NCBI GenBank assembly: GCA_030390025.1
Contig: CM059432.1
Span: 52,206,001-52,270,000, forward strand
Direction of reading: 5' to 3'
DNA: 64,000 bases
DNA from: Squalus acanthias
Taxonomy: Eukaryota
The notes under the pieces: model-generated
Told to the model about the DNA's origin: nothing
Seen by the model: only the letters and a program-made list of their open reading frames with translations
The model's database searches: none
Position numbers and translations under genes: made by a program
Part shown: positions 49,556 to 61,912 of the stretch, piece by piece
How positions within the stretch are numbered: the stretch's first letter is position 1
Layout: each line of letters opens with the position of its first letter

Positions 49556-52500
49556 ATAGAATCATAGAAATTTACAGCACAGAAGTAGGCCATTCGGCCC
49601 ATCTGTGCCAGCCAAAAAAGAGCTATCCAACCAAACTCCACTTTCCAGCTCTTGGCCTGAAGCCCTGTAGGTTACGGCACTTCAAGTGCACATCCAAGTG
49701 CTTTTTAAATGTGATGAGGGTTTCTGCCTCTACCACCCTTTCAGGCAGTGAGTTCCAGACCCCCACCACCCTCTGGGTGAAAAAAGTTCTCTTCAACTCC
49801 CCTCTAATCATTCTACCAATTACTGCTAAGGGAAATAGGTCCTTCCTATCTACTCTATCTAGGCTTCTCATAATTTTATACAACTCAATCAAGTCTCCCC
49901 TCAGCCTCCTCCGTTCCAAAGAAAACAACCCCAGCCTATCCAATCTTTCCACATAGCTAAAATTTTCCAGTCCTGGCAACATCCTCGTAAATCTCCTCCG
50001 TACCCTCTCTAGTGCAATCACATCTTCCCTGTAGTGTGGTGACCAGAACTGTACAGAGTACTCTAGCTGTGGCCTAACTAGTGTTTTATACAGTTCAAGC
50101 ATAACCTCCCTGCTCTTATATTCTATGCCTCGGCTAATAAAGGCAAGTATCCCGTATGCCTTCTTAACAGCCTTATCTACCTGTCCTACTACCTTCAGGG
50201 ATCTGTGGACATGGACTCCAAGGTCCCTCTGTTCCTCTACACTTCTCAGTATCCTACAATTTATTGTGTATTCCCTTGCCTTGTTAGCCCTTCCCCAATG
50301 CATTACCTCACACTTCTCCGGATTGAATGCTATTTGCCAATTTTTTGCCCACCTGACCAGTGATATCTTCCTGCAGTCTGTAGCTTTCTTCCTCACCATC
50401 AACCACATGGCCAATTTTTGTATCATCTGAAAACTTCTTAATCATGCCCCCTACATTGAAGTCTAAATCATTGATATGTACCACAAAAAGCAAGGGCCCT
50501 AGTACTGAGTTCTGAGGAACCCCACTGGAAACTGCCTTCCAGTCACAAAAACACCTGCCGACCATTACCCTTTGCTTCCTGCCACTGAGCCAATTTTGGA
50601 TCCAATTTGCCACTTTCCCTTGGATCCCATGGGCTTTTACTCTTCTGACCATTCTGCCAAGTGGGACCTTGTCAAAAGCCTTGCTAAAATCCATGTAGAC
50701 TACACCAAATGCGCTACCCTCATTGACCCTCCTTGTTAACTCCTCAAGAAATTCAGTCAAGTTAGTCAGACACGATCTTCCCTTAACAAATCTATGCTGA
50801 CTGTCCTTGATTAATCAGTGCCTTTCTAGATGATCATAGAATCATAGAAAGTTACAGCATGGAAGGAGGCCATTTCGGCCCATCGTATCTGCGCCGGCCA
50901 ACAAAGAGCTATCCAGCCTAATCCCACTTCCCAGCTCTTGGTCCGTAGCCCTGCAGGTTACAGCATCCCAAGTGCACATCCAAGTACTTTTTAAATGTGG
51001 TTAGGGTTCCTGCCTCTACCACCCTTTCAGGCAGTGAGTTCCAGACTCCCACAACCCTCTGGGTGAAGAAATTTCCCCTCAAATCCTTCCCCCAATTACT
51101 TTAAATCTGTGCCTCTTGGTTTTTGACCCCTCTGCTAAGGGAAATAGGTCATTTCTATCCACTTTATCTCTGCCCCTCATAATTTTATACACCTCAATAA
51201 GGTCTCCCCTCAGCCTCCTCTGTTCCAAGGAAAACAGACCCAGCCTATCCAATCTTTCCTCATAGCTAAGATTCTCTACTCCAGGCAACATCCTTGTAAA
51301 TCTCCTCTGTACCCTCTCTAGTGCAATCACATCTTTCCTGTAATGTGGTGACCAGAACTGCATGCAGTACTCTAGCTGAGGCCTAACTAGTGTTTTATAC
51401 AGTTGAAGCATAACCCCCCCTGCTCTTGTATTCTATGCCACGGCTAATAAAGGCAAGCATTCCATATGCCTTCTTAACCACCTTATCTACTTGGCCTGCT
51501 ACCTTCAGGGAGCTGTGGACATGCACTCCAAGGTCCCTTTGTTCCTCTACACTACTCAGTGTCCTACCATTTAATGTGTATTCCCTTTCCTTGTTAGCCC
51601 TCCCTAAATGCATTACCTCACACTTCTCCAGATTGAATTTCATTTGCCACTGTTCTGCCCACCTGACCAATTTATTGATATCTTCCTGCAGTCTACAGCT
51701 TCCTTCTTCAGTATCAACCACACAGCACATTTTAGTATCATCTGCAAACTTCTTAATCATACCCCCTATATTCAAGTCAAGATCGTCGATATATACCACA
51801 AAAAGCAAGGGACCTAGTACTGAGCCCTGCGGAACCCCACTGGAAACAGCCTTCCAGTCACAAAAACACCCATCAACCATTACCCTCTGCTTCCTGTCTC
51901 TGAGCCAGTTTTGAATCCAACTTGACACTTTGCCCTGGATCCCATGGGCTTTTAACTTCGTGACCAGTCTGCCATGTGGAACCTTATCAAAAGCCTTGCT
52001 AAAGTCCATATACACTACCCTCATCTACCCTCCTTGTTAGGTCCTCAAAAAATTCAATCAAGTTTGTCAGACACGACCTTCCCTTAACAAATCCGTGCTG
52101 ACTAGCCTTGATTAATCCGTATCTTTCGAAATGAAGATTTATCCTGTCCTTCAGAATTCTTTCCAATAATTTTCCCACCACCGAGGTTAGGCTGACTGGC
52201 CTGTAATTACTCGGTCTATCCTTTTCTCCCTTTTAAACAAGGGTACCACATTAGCAGTCCTCCAGCACCACATAATACCCCATGATGATTTATACTGCCT
52301 CTCAGAATTTTTTCCAATACTTTTCACACCACTGAGGTTAGGCTGACTGACCCATAATTACTTGGTCTATCCTTTTCTCCCTTTTTAAACAACGGTACAT
52401 CGTTAGCAGTCCTCCAGCACCACACCTGTAGCCAGAGGATTGGAAGATGATGGTCAGAGCCTCCGCTATTTCCTCCATTGCTTCTCTTAACGGCCTGGGA

Positions 52501-53123
52501 TACATTTCATCTGGGCCTGCCGATTTATCTACTTTCAAAGATACTAAACCCCTTAATATTTCCTCTCTCACAGTTTCTCTCATCTAATAATTCACACTCC
52601 TCCTCCCTAACTACAATGTCTGCATCATCCCTCTCTTTTGTGAAGACAGATGCAAAGTTTTCTTGATTTTATTTGCCAATATTTTTTCATGCCCTCTCTT
52701 TGCTTCCCTAATTTCCTTTTTAATTTCACCCCTGCACTTTCCATACTCCTCTCGGCTTTCTGCAGTATTTAGCTCTCGGTATCTGACATAAGCTTCCCTT
52801 TTTTGCCTTATCTTACCCTGTATACACCTCGACATCCAGGGGGCTCTAGATTTGGGAGTCCCACCCTTTTTCTTTGTGGGAACATATTTGCTCTGAACCC
52901 TCACTATCTCCGCCTTGGATACCTCCCACTGCTTGGACACTGATTTACCTTCAAGTAGCTGTTTCCAGTCCACTTTTGCCAAGTCACACCTCAGCTTAGT
53001 AAAATTGGCCTTTCCCAATTGAGAACATTTACTCCTGGTCTATCTTTGTCCTTTCCATAACTTCACTAAATCTAACTGAATTATGATCACTACCACCAAA
53101 ATGCTCTCCCACTGATACCCTTA
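49556..53123 (-). mobile_element. CR1 LINE with a second copy of the same family nested at ~50834-52281
   Basis: Two CATAGAATCATAGAAA tails (49556, 50834); two RT sets (YMDFSKAFDKVP, GVPQGSVLGP, KFADDTK); host resumes at ~52282 and runs to the end of the APE domain. Confidence 0.88.
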
Positions 53124-53989
53124 TATTCCATCAGATGTGACAGTGGACATGTTCGGATGGGGGCATTCAGATGATAAATTAACAATGGGAATGCATTATC
53201 CCATCATTAATGTCCGAGCAACGCTGGGCTTCAGGAAGGCCACTGTGTTCCTGGCATTCAGTGTTGCTAAGGCAGCTTGAGGGTTAAAAATTAAAGGGCC
53301 ACCTTGCATTGTAATTGAGCACGATTTTAAAAATATTTCCGGCCACATGGTGGCCTGTAGTAATCTGAGATGGATGATTCAGCAGCAGCAGAAACATCAA
53401 AGAAAAAGATCTTCACATGGACAGCTGTATTCTGCCCCAGCAGGAGGTGCCCCTGGGAAATGGTGGGGAGGTCTGATTGGGTACAGCTAAACGTCTATTT
53501 GGTGAATGTTACTTCAGTTCAGTCATCATTCAAAAAAACATTCAGTTCAGGTTTTCTTTACATTTTAAATCTTTTCGCCAAATCTTCTACTTTTCCAGCC
53601 TGTACTCAAGTCTATTCAGACATAACATTTTAATAGCAGTAAACAAATCCTCTCGAGTTAATTTGTCCTGAGGGGGCACTGACATCATGTTAAAGTGCTT
53701 GCCAAACTTATACGTCCCTGCAATTTTTCCCCCGAATTTCCTAAAGATGGTGATTCATGGTGCAGTTCGGCTCCACAAGTACTGGCAGCCATCCAGTAAC
53801 TCACATTCTTCATCTGTGACTCAAATCAATGAGTGGCAGCAAGCTATTCCGACTTTGAGGTATCAGTCAACCCCGATACTGTCCTCACAAGACATTAACA
53901 TATGCTGTCTCCACTGCTTCTCTTTCTCTGGTTAGCCAAACTCTGACCGCCATTATCCTCCCACTACAGCCCTGATCCACAGTAATTCT

Positions 53990-56900
53990 CTAGCTTCTAT
54001 CTCCAAACCTATGCCATCCAGGATACCCATCTTCCATTCCCCCAATCCATTCCAATTAAAGTCATCTACACAATGTCCCTTCCTGGCCCCCATACTAGTT
54101 CATATCCTTAGATGTTATCCCCTTCTCTTTCAAAACCACCATTACCGCTCTCCTAAAAAAAAAAACCTCAATTTTTAACCTCTCAGTCATCATGAATTAC
54201 AGCCCCATTTCCAACCTTCCTTTCCAAGGCCGTTGAATGTGTTGTCACCTTTCAGTTCTCTATCTATCTTTCCTGCAACTCCATTTGAATCCATCCAATG
54301 CAGCTCTGCCCCTCCTGAAAACAATCCTCACAAAACTCATGAATAACTTTCTCTGTGACTGTTATGCTCTCTCTGAAGCTTTTGAAACAGGACTACACCA
54401 TCCTCCTCCCCATTATCAATTGTAGCCAGAGCCATCTTTTTTTAAATTTGTTCCTGGGATGTGGTTGTCGCTGGCAAGGCCAGCATTTATTGCCCATCCC
54501 TAATTGCCCTCGAGAAGGTGGTGGTGAGCCGCCTTCTTGAACAGCTTCAGTCCCTGTGGTGAAGGTACTCCCATAGTGCTGTTAGGGAGGGAGTTCCAGG
54601 GTTTTGACCCAGCGATGATGAAGGAACGGTGATATATTTCCAAGTCATGATGGTGTGTGACTTGGAGGGGAAATTGGAGGTGATGGTGTTCCCATACCTC
54701 TGCTGCCCTTGCCCCTCTAGGTGGTAGAGGTCTTGGGTTTGGGAGCGCTGTCGGAGAAGCCTTAGCGAGTTGCTGCAGTGCATCTTGTAGATGGTACACA
54801 CTGCAGCCACGGTACGCTGATGGTGGAGGGAGTGAATGTTTAAGGTGGTGGATGGGGTGCCAATCAAGTGGGCTGCTTTGTCCTGGATGGTGTTGAGCTT
54901 CTTGAGTTTTGTTGGAGCTGCACTCATCCAGGCAAGTGGAGAGTATTCCATCACACTCCTGACTTATGCCTTGTAGATGGTGAAAAGGCTTTGGGGAGTC
55001 AGCAGGTGAGACACTCGCCGCAGAATACCCAGCCTCTGACCTGCTCTTGTAGCCACAGTATTTATGTGGCTGGTCCAGTTAAGTTTGTGGTCAATGGTGA
55101 CCCCAGGATGTTGGTGTTTGGGGATTCGACAATGGCAATGCCATTGAATATCAAGGGGCGGTGGTTAGATGCTCTCTTGTTGGAGATATTCATTGCCTGG
55201 CACTTGTGTGGCGCAAATGTTATTTGCCCAAGCCTGAACGTTGTCCAAGTTTTGCTGCATGCGGGCATGGACTGCTTTATTATCTGAGGAGTTACGAATG
55301 GAACTGAACACTGTGCAATCATCAGCGAACATCCCCATTTCTGACTTATGTAGGAGGGAAGGTCATTGATGAAGCAGCTGAAGATGGTTGGGCCTAGGAC
55401 ACTGCCCTGAGGAACTCCTGCAGCGATGTCCTGGGGTGGAGATGTTTGGCCTCCAACAACCACCTTCCTTTGTGCTAGTTATGACTCCAGCCAGTGGAGA
55501 GTTTTCCCCGATTCCCATTGACTTAAATTTTACTAGGGGTCCTTGATGCCAGTCTCGGTCAAATGCTGCCTTGATGTCAAGGGCAGTCACTCTCACCTCA
55601 CCTCTGGAATTCAGCGCTTTTGTACGTATTTGGACCAAGGCTGTAACAAGGTCTGGAGTTGAGTGGTCCTGGCGGAACCCAAACTGAGCAGGTTATTGAT
55701 GAGTAAGTGCCGCTTGATAGCACTGTCCACAACACCCTCCATCACTTTGCTGATGATTAAGAGTAAACTGATGAGGCAGTAATTGGCCAGATTGGATTTG
55801 TCCTGCTTTTTGTGGACAGGACATACCTGGGCAGTTTTCCACATTGTTGGGTAGATGCCAGTGTTGTAGCTGTACTGGAACAGCTTAGCTAGAGGCGCAG
55901 CTAGTTCTGGAGCACAAGTCTTCAGCACGACAGCCAGGATATCATCGGGGCCTATAGCCTTTGCTGTATCCAGTGCGCTCAGCTGTTTCTTGATATCACG
56001 TGGAGGGAATCTAATTGGCTGAAGACTGGCTTCTGTGGTGGTGGGGACCTCAGGAGGAGGCAGAGATGGCTCATCCACTCGGCCCTTCTGGTTGAAGATG
56101 GTTGCAAATGCTTCAGCCTTGTTCTTTGCATTCACGTGCTAGGCTATGCCATCATTGAGGATGAGGATGTTCACGGAGCCTCCTCCTCCAGTCAGTTGTT
56201 TAATGGTCAACTACCATTCACGACTTCCCACCCTCACATCTGAAGTCCCCCAAGGATACATCCTTGGCACTATCCTCTTCATCACCTATTAGCTGCCCTT
56301 TGACTATCTTATCCATAAACATGGGTCAGCTTCATGTGTATACTGATGATACCTAACTACCTCTTCAACAGCTCCTTCAACCCTTCCACTATATTTGTTC
56401 AGTCACTTATCTGACATCCAGTCTTGGATTTGTCCCAACTTTCTTCAGCTAAACATTGGGAAGACCAAAGCCATCATCTTCAGCCCCTGCCACCATCTTC
56501 AGCCCCTGCCACAAACTCCACTCCCCACTACTGATTCCATCCTTTCCCAGGCCATTATCTCAGGCTGAACCAGACTGTTCACAACCTAGGCACCTTGTTT
56601 GACCCCGAGCTGAATTCTTACCCAAAGACTGCCTTCTACCACCTCAGTAATACTGCTCACCTCTGCCCTTACCCCAACCCCATAAACCCTCAATCATGCC
56701 TGTCAGCTCCAGACGACTAATTCAATGTTTTCCTGGTTGGCTTCCCATCCTGCGCCATCCATAAACTACAGTTCATCCAAAACTCTGCTCTCTGTATCCT
56801 ATCATCTAAGTCCTGCTCAGCCATCACTCCCATCCTCACTGATCTACATTAATTCCTAGTCTCTTAATTTTGCAAATTTAAAATTCCTGTCTTCACCTCC

Positions 56901-57225
56901 AAACCCCACGTGGCCTTGCAAGCCGCAATCTTGCCCAGCTTTACAACCCTCACTGAAGTTCTCTGTTCCTCCAACCTTTTATGCATTTCCCCCTCCCTTC
57001 ATCCCACCATTGGTAACTATGCCTTCAGCCACATGGGTCCCAGCCTCATGAATTCCTCTTGAAAACCCCTCCACCTCCCTCTCTAAGGCCCTAGTTAAAA
57101 TCCACCCCTTTGCCCAAGCTTCTGGTCGCACATCCTAATTTCTCTTTTGCTGGTTTGGCATCCATTTTCCCAATAGCTGTGAAGTGGGCTGGGGCATTTT
57201 TCCACATTAAAAGGTGCTATAAAAG
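53990..57225 (+). mobile_element. Old L2 LINE split by a family-B LINE
   Basis: AATTACAGCCCCATTTCCAACCTTCC (NYxPISNLP) before the insertion; GTCCCCCAAGGA..CTTGGC (VPQG..LG) and an L2 tail after it. Confidence 0.65.
54434..56226 (-). mobile_element. Family-B LINE, 5'-truncated (RT + 3' tail)
   Basis: GVPQGSVLGPTIFSCFINDLPS and ALDIKAAFDR; colinear with 1004-2765. Confidence 0.9.
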
Positions 57226-58235
57226 CCATTGATGCAATTGCCAGCAAGGGTCACTGAATCGTGATCAGGAGCAAGAAATATGGATAATTTTACTCTTCTC
57301 CCTAGCATAGGGACACTGCTGCCCTGGCTGAGATCCGCTAACACAGCACAGTTCACAGATGGAACTCAAATTTTCCAGGCAGTATGACTCAATGCCACAT
57401 TGATGCCTTTGCCCACTGAGCCATTAGCAAAGCTGGCATACTTTCCAAAATCCTGGTCAAAATACATTGCTGCATTATTGTGTTATGATGAAAATAGCAG
57501 CACCACTTAAGAAAAGCCAAGGATGATAAAGTACATTCAGCCCATCAAAGCTCATCTCTGTAATAACCCATCTCTCCATCATATCCAGCTGCATTTTCAA
57601 CATCCCTAAATTTATTTTCCTCAACTAGGCCATCTTGTACATTATTTTGAACATTTTGATTCTTTTGAGAATCCAATATTTACTCACCAGTTTAAATTCC
57701 TATTTTCCCAGTTTAATTTGAAGCAATACTTTCTTTCTCTGCTTTCTAACAATTTCGTTGGACTGTATTATTAGAATAAATCTTATATGAATTAGATCTT
57801 GGATTACAAACAAGTGGGATTATTGGTGTGTTTCTACATCAGGGAAGCTTGGAGATAGGGCTACAACAGCCTGGCCCCAATTCTCCAAACTGCACTCCTT
57901 ACAAGTGCAATTCCCTCACTAGAACTGTCGGATCACCCCTCACATATCATGGGATGAGAAAAATCAAACTCTGATCAGTGCAGTCCACTTGACAGTTTGG
58001 GCCACCGAGACATAGTTATTGAAGCTATGAATTGCCGGTGGTGGGGGGGGGGGGCGAAGAGAAGGATCCATAACCACCGTTGTTGCGTGAAGTCCTATTC
58101 ACTACTCCCACCTCACCAAAAAAAAAGGCACTGTCCACATAGTTGCTGTGCAAAGCCCTATCCTGCCTGCTCCCAAAAACATGGCTCTCAGATATAGAGA
58201 AGAAACAGAACCGGAATTAGGAATGAATAAAGTAA

Positions 58236-58241
58236 TTTATT
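58236..58241 (-). promoter_or_regulatory. Candidate distal TGIF1 polyadenylation signal
   Basis: TTTATT on + (AATAAA on -) at the end of a largely LINE-free stretch ~3.1 kb past the TGIF1 stop codon. Confidence 0.3.
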
Positions 58242-58926
58242 ATTTTAAATCAAAATTGGGTACATTGTGAAACTGCATTCTGATGCCCCCACCCTATAAT
58301 TAGGAAGTGAGAAGAACCCTGCCTGCAGAATCCAGTGGCAAGGCAAAGAGGAATACTGCAGCTTCAGTCAGTCTTTACAGGCCTTTGCAACCTGACTAGT
58401 CAATAAGGCAAACATCAATGCAAAAATGGACCAGGTTCATACAGTACAGTCTGTCTTCACTCAGCTTTACAATTTAAGTTGACCACAGTGATGTAAACTG
58501 TACAAATACCTTCTAGATTGAACGGTTAAAAGGCATCTAGTTTAAAAGTGGGAAACTCCACTAACTTTCTTTTTAAAAAATGTTAAAGAATTAGGATTAA
58601 TTTTAGTCAGGAAAAATAATGTTTCCACACAGTACTGTTGACTAACTAGAAAAGGAATTATGTGAACTGAATTATATCAGTGATGACAGTTAATAATTTG
58701 CTTCAGTGATTGTGTAATTTTAAGAGTTAATTCAACTGCCATTCAAAGTGTCAGTCAGCAACAGCAAGTCAGTGCCGGTCAGGTCATCAGCATCCATAGT
58801 ATAATAAATTATACAAAGTCACAGAACTAGACCCCATCCAAAAAAAAGTTGATCATAATTCTTTAAGAGGTACAGATATAGAGACCAGACTCACTTTTTA
58901 AAGTCAGATTCAGAATCTATTATTTT

Positions 58927-59250
58927 TGGCTGGATTTTTGGATTTATCACAGGACAAGATCCAGCTTTTACATTAGTAGGCATTAGGACCTGGAGAAAAC
59001 TTACAAACTGCGTGATCCATCATCAGGAGGTAGGATATAATTCCAGCATCTGTACTCACAGGCTCGGGGGGGGGGGGGGCGGGAAGGGGGAGGCGAGGGC
59101 GGTTCCCTGACTCCCGCTGTAACTTTAGTGGGAGCCCCCAGACAAAGTGACATAAATGAATGAAAATGGCAATTGTTGCTGTTTCTTTGGGGGATTCCGC
59201 TGGGCTGCCACAGACGTTACAGCAAGAATCCCCAAGGAATTTCAGGGCCC
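58927..59250. mobile_element. Degenerate MITE (GGC..ATTT / GAATTTCAGGGCC termini); related copy at ~59985-60146
   Basis: Terminal similarity to the other GGGCC-ended MITEs; internal inverted segments (CTGTAAC/GTTACAG, GGGATTC/GAATCCC). Confidence 0.45.
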
Positions 59251-61342
59251 ATAGTCTTGTTCCCATAACCGGCTTTGCGGCAGTGCCGAACATGGCACAG
59301 CAGCCAGTGCTACATTATTGCAGTAGAAATCACTTCATATGTTGCATAACCAGTATGAAAATCATCCAACTATGCAAGAGTCATATAATCCTTTCCCCAG
59401 TGTATAAAATGTCTTGGGAAAGGTGAAACTGGCTTAGCCATCCTGTCAGCTGTTGCATGCAAGAGATTGTACATGGATGGCATGACATATTTGCATCATG
59501 ATTCAGGCACTTATCTGCTGATGACAGGAGCACCAGGCATGTATTGCAAACTGGGTAAAGAAAAAATATATATTGTGGAAGAAGGGGAGAAAGAAATTAC
59601 TACAGTCAGGTGCAGTTTAAATAATCTTAAATTTTCTCCAGCTAAAAGATCCCCAAAAACACTCATAGACCTGCACCCTCCACCCATCCCAAGAAAAGTA
59701 AATGGGTTGTAGAGTACATTGTTACTACTACTCCTGGGAGTCATCCCAGAGAAAAAACTTTCTTCTCTCCAATGTTTGAAGGGTCAGCAGCCAAGTTTAG
59801 TATTTTTTTTTTAAATTAGTGAACATTGCCAGCAGGACTTCGTGTTAGGGATCCTCTCCCCCAGCACTACTGAGAAACTGGAGAAATCAACAGGGCCTGG
59901 TCTTTGGGATAAGGTGCATTGTCAGGGTGACAGAAACCAAAACCGGCACTGGCATGGCTACATAGTATATCCGCTAGTCTCTATGCCTACTAGAAAATTC
60001 AGTCATATATTTAAATTTTTGTCCTGGAATTCTGCAGGGGTTCTCCCACACTCCTGCCTGCCAGAATCCCCCTCCCCCGATAAATGGTGTAAACAACAAG
60101 AGGTACAGCGGGAGATCAGGAAAAGCCTCATGGAATCTCAGGGCCTAACTATTTATGTAACAGCAGTTATAGAAATAGAACAACATCCTTCACTTAAGTC
60201 GGTCTCAACTTCATTTCGAATTACAACTTAGAAAATTCAGAGAGCACAATGGCACAGCCATCATGGATGACGTTCAACATTAATATCTGAAGACAGTGGA
60301 AGGTGACAAACCGACAATATATGAGCTCCACTCGTAACCCATCCAGACCTCACAACACCAGTTACAAAAGGAAATGTTCCAGGAAGGTACGGCGTCTCCA
60401 CCACTAATGGGAGAGGATGACCTGGGTGGACCCAGACTTCTGATCCAGTGCCTCCATGTGAAATATGCACAAGAGAAACCAAAACCATAAGTATCAATAC
60501 AGGAGATGTACATTCAAGCCCTTTTGTGCTACATTTAGACTTTGGCCAGCCCAGCCACCAAATCTGAAACATTGGTGATTAGGTTATCAACTAGGTAACC
60601 GAAACATTTTAAACTTGCAGTGGTTGGTTTAAGTCTCATTCTCTGCATTGGTCATCACTATTTGTACAGATGCAGCAGCTAACCTTAAAGTTGGGTAACC
60701 ATGGCTACCAAAACAATAGCAGCATACCAGTGATGGCAGCCACAAGCAATATTGCAGGGGTGGTACTGCCTGCACCCAGATCCTGCTGCAACAACGGGAA
60801 CTTTAAAGCCAAGGAAAAGTCTGCACAATAAAGTCACTGCAGGCGAAGTACATTAAAGTTCTGTTCTCCAGGTCCATGGTCCACTGCCTTACACTGAAAT
60901 GAAGACTGAAGGAATAATCAAAACCCAGTTTAGAAACAAGCCCCAGTGACAATACATAATTATATATAAAAACTGTTATTCTAAACAATGCATGGGCCAC
61001 ATCATTTTTCCATGCAGGAATGATAAGAGTGATAAGAAGGCTCTGTTTATCTAAATATTGCACAGATTGAAAGTAAAGAATCACATAATCATGGGAAAAT
61101 TATCACATTATCAGCAACTACAAAACATAAAGAACCTCTATCTATAGTAGTCATGAGTTCATCGGTCTCCATGTGAGCAGTTTGTTAAGACAATTCCGTG
61201 ATAGGAAGCCACGTTTTGGGATTCCCTTGTGCAAATAAGAAGGCATCATGCTGCATAAAGCATCTGTTTTCCACATGAAACAAGTTTTTGCTTTAGTGTT
61301 TTTCTCCCCTCAAGTCAGTTTGGCAGACAGAGTGGGTCGGAT

Positions 61343-61912
61343 TTAGGCCATAGGCTTGGACTGGGATTCCATTTCCGCAGCTCGTTTGAGCGCAACATCC
61401 ACCAGCAGCTGAAATCCACTGAAATCTTGATTGAGGTCTGGAGGAGTGGGTGGAGGAGTGTTAAATAGTCCACCCTGGGGGGGTGGGTTTGACCCCACCT
61501 GAACAGCATCTTTGGAGCATCCGGGATTGGTATCCACTAAGCCTGCACTTGACAAAGGATCCATTTTAGACATTCCCTCTATGCTGGCAGGTGGGCAGTA
61601 GTGTAAAGGCACGTCATTCGGTGTGGAGACAGTAGTGTGGCATATGACCGAAGGCCTTGGCAGGAATGCTCCTGCAGAAGAGGTGCTACATGGAGAGGTC
61701 TCCCCATTATCTGGGTAGGAGCTCGTGGATCCAAACGATCTTTCATCAAGGTCTGGAACATAGCTGTTAGAAGTCATTGAGGTCTGTACTGAGGTGTGCT
61801 CTGCACTCTTACTCCCTCGGCGAGAGATGGTGAAATTATTGGGGTCCTTGCCATCCTTTCTCAGCATGTCTGGCAGCAGTCTGCGGCGTGCGTTAATGAA
61901 CCAGTTACAGAC
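61343..61912 (-). CDS. TGIF1: TGFB-induced factor homeobox 1, last coding exon (189 aa)
   Basis: Acceptor CTCTTTGCTGCTGAATTCCAG| then [33 protein letters not shown] (TALE homeodomain helix 3), [10 protein letters not shown], and C-terminal [35 protein letters not shown], which is TGIF1-type rather than TGIF2-type. Upstream exons were not found in the window. Confidence 0.95.
   Translation of the reverse strand, partial: VCNWFINARRRLLPDMLRKDGKDPNNFTISRRGSKSAEHTSVQTSMTSNSYVPDLDERSFGSTSSYPDNGETSPCSTSSAGAFLPRPSVICHTTVSTPNDVPLHYCPPASIEGMSKMDPLSSAGLVDTNPGCSKDAVQVGSNPPPQGGLFNTPPPTPPDLNQDFSGFQLLVDVALKRAAEMESQSKPMA

Noticed and set aside
13800..58200. Intervening host gene such as MYL9/MYL12
   Set aside because: No EF-hand or other non-TE coding exon was recognised, although small exons cannot be excluded by eye.
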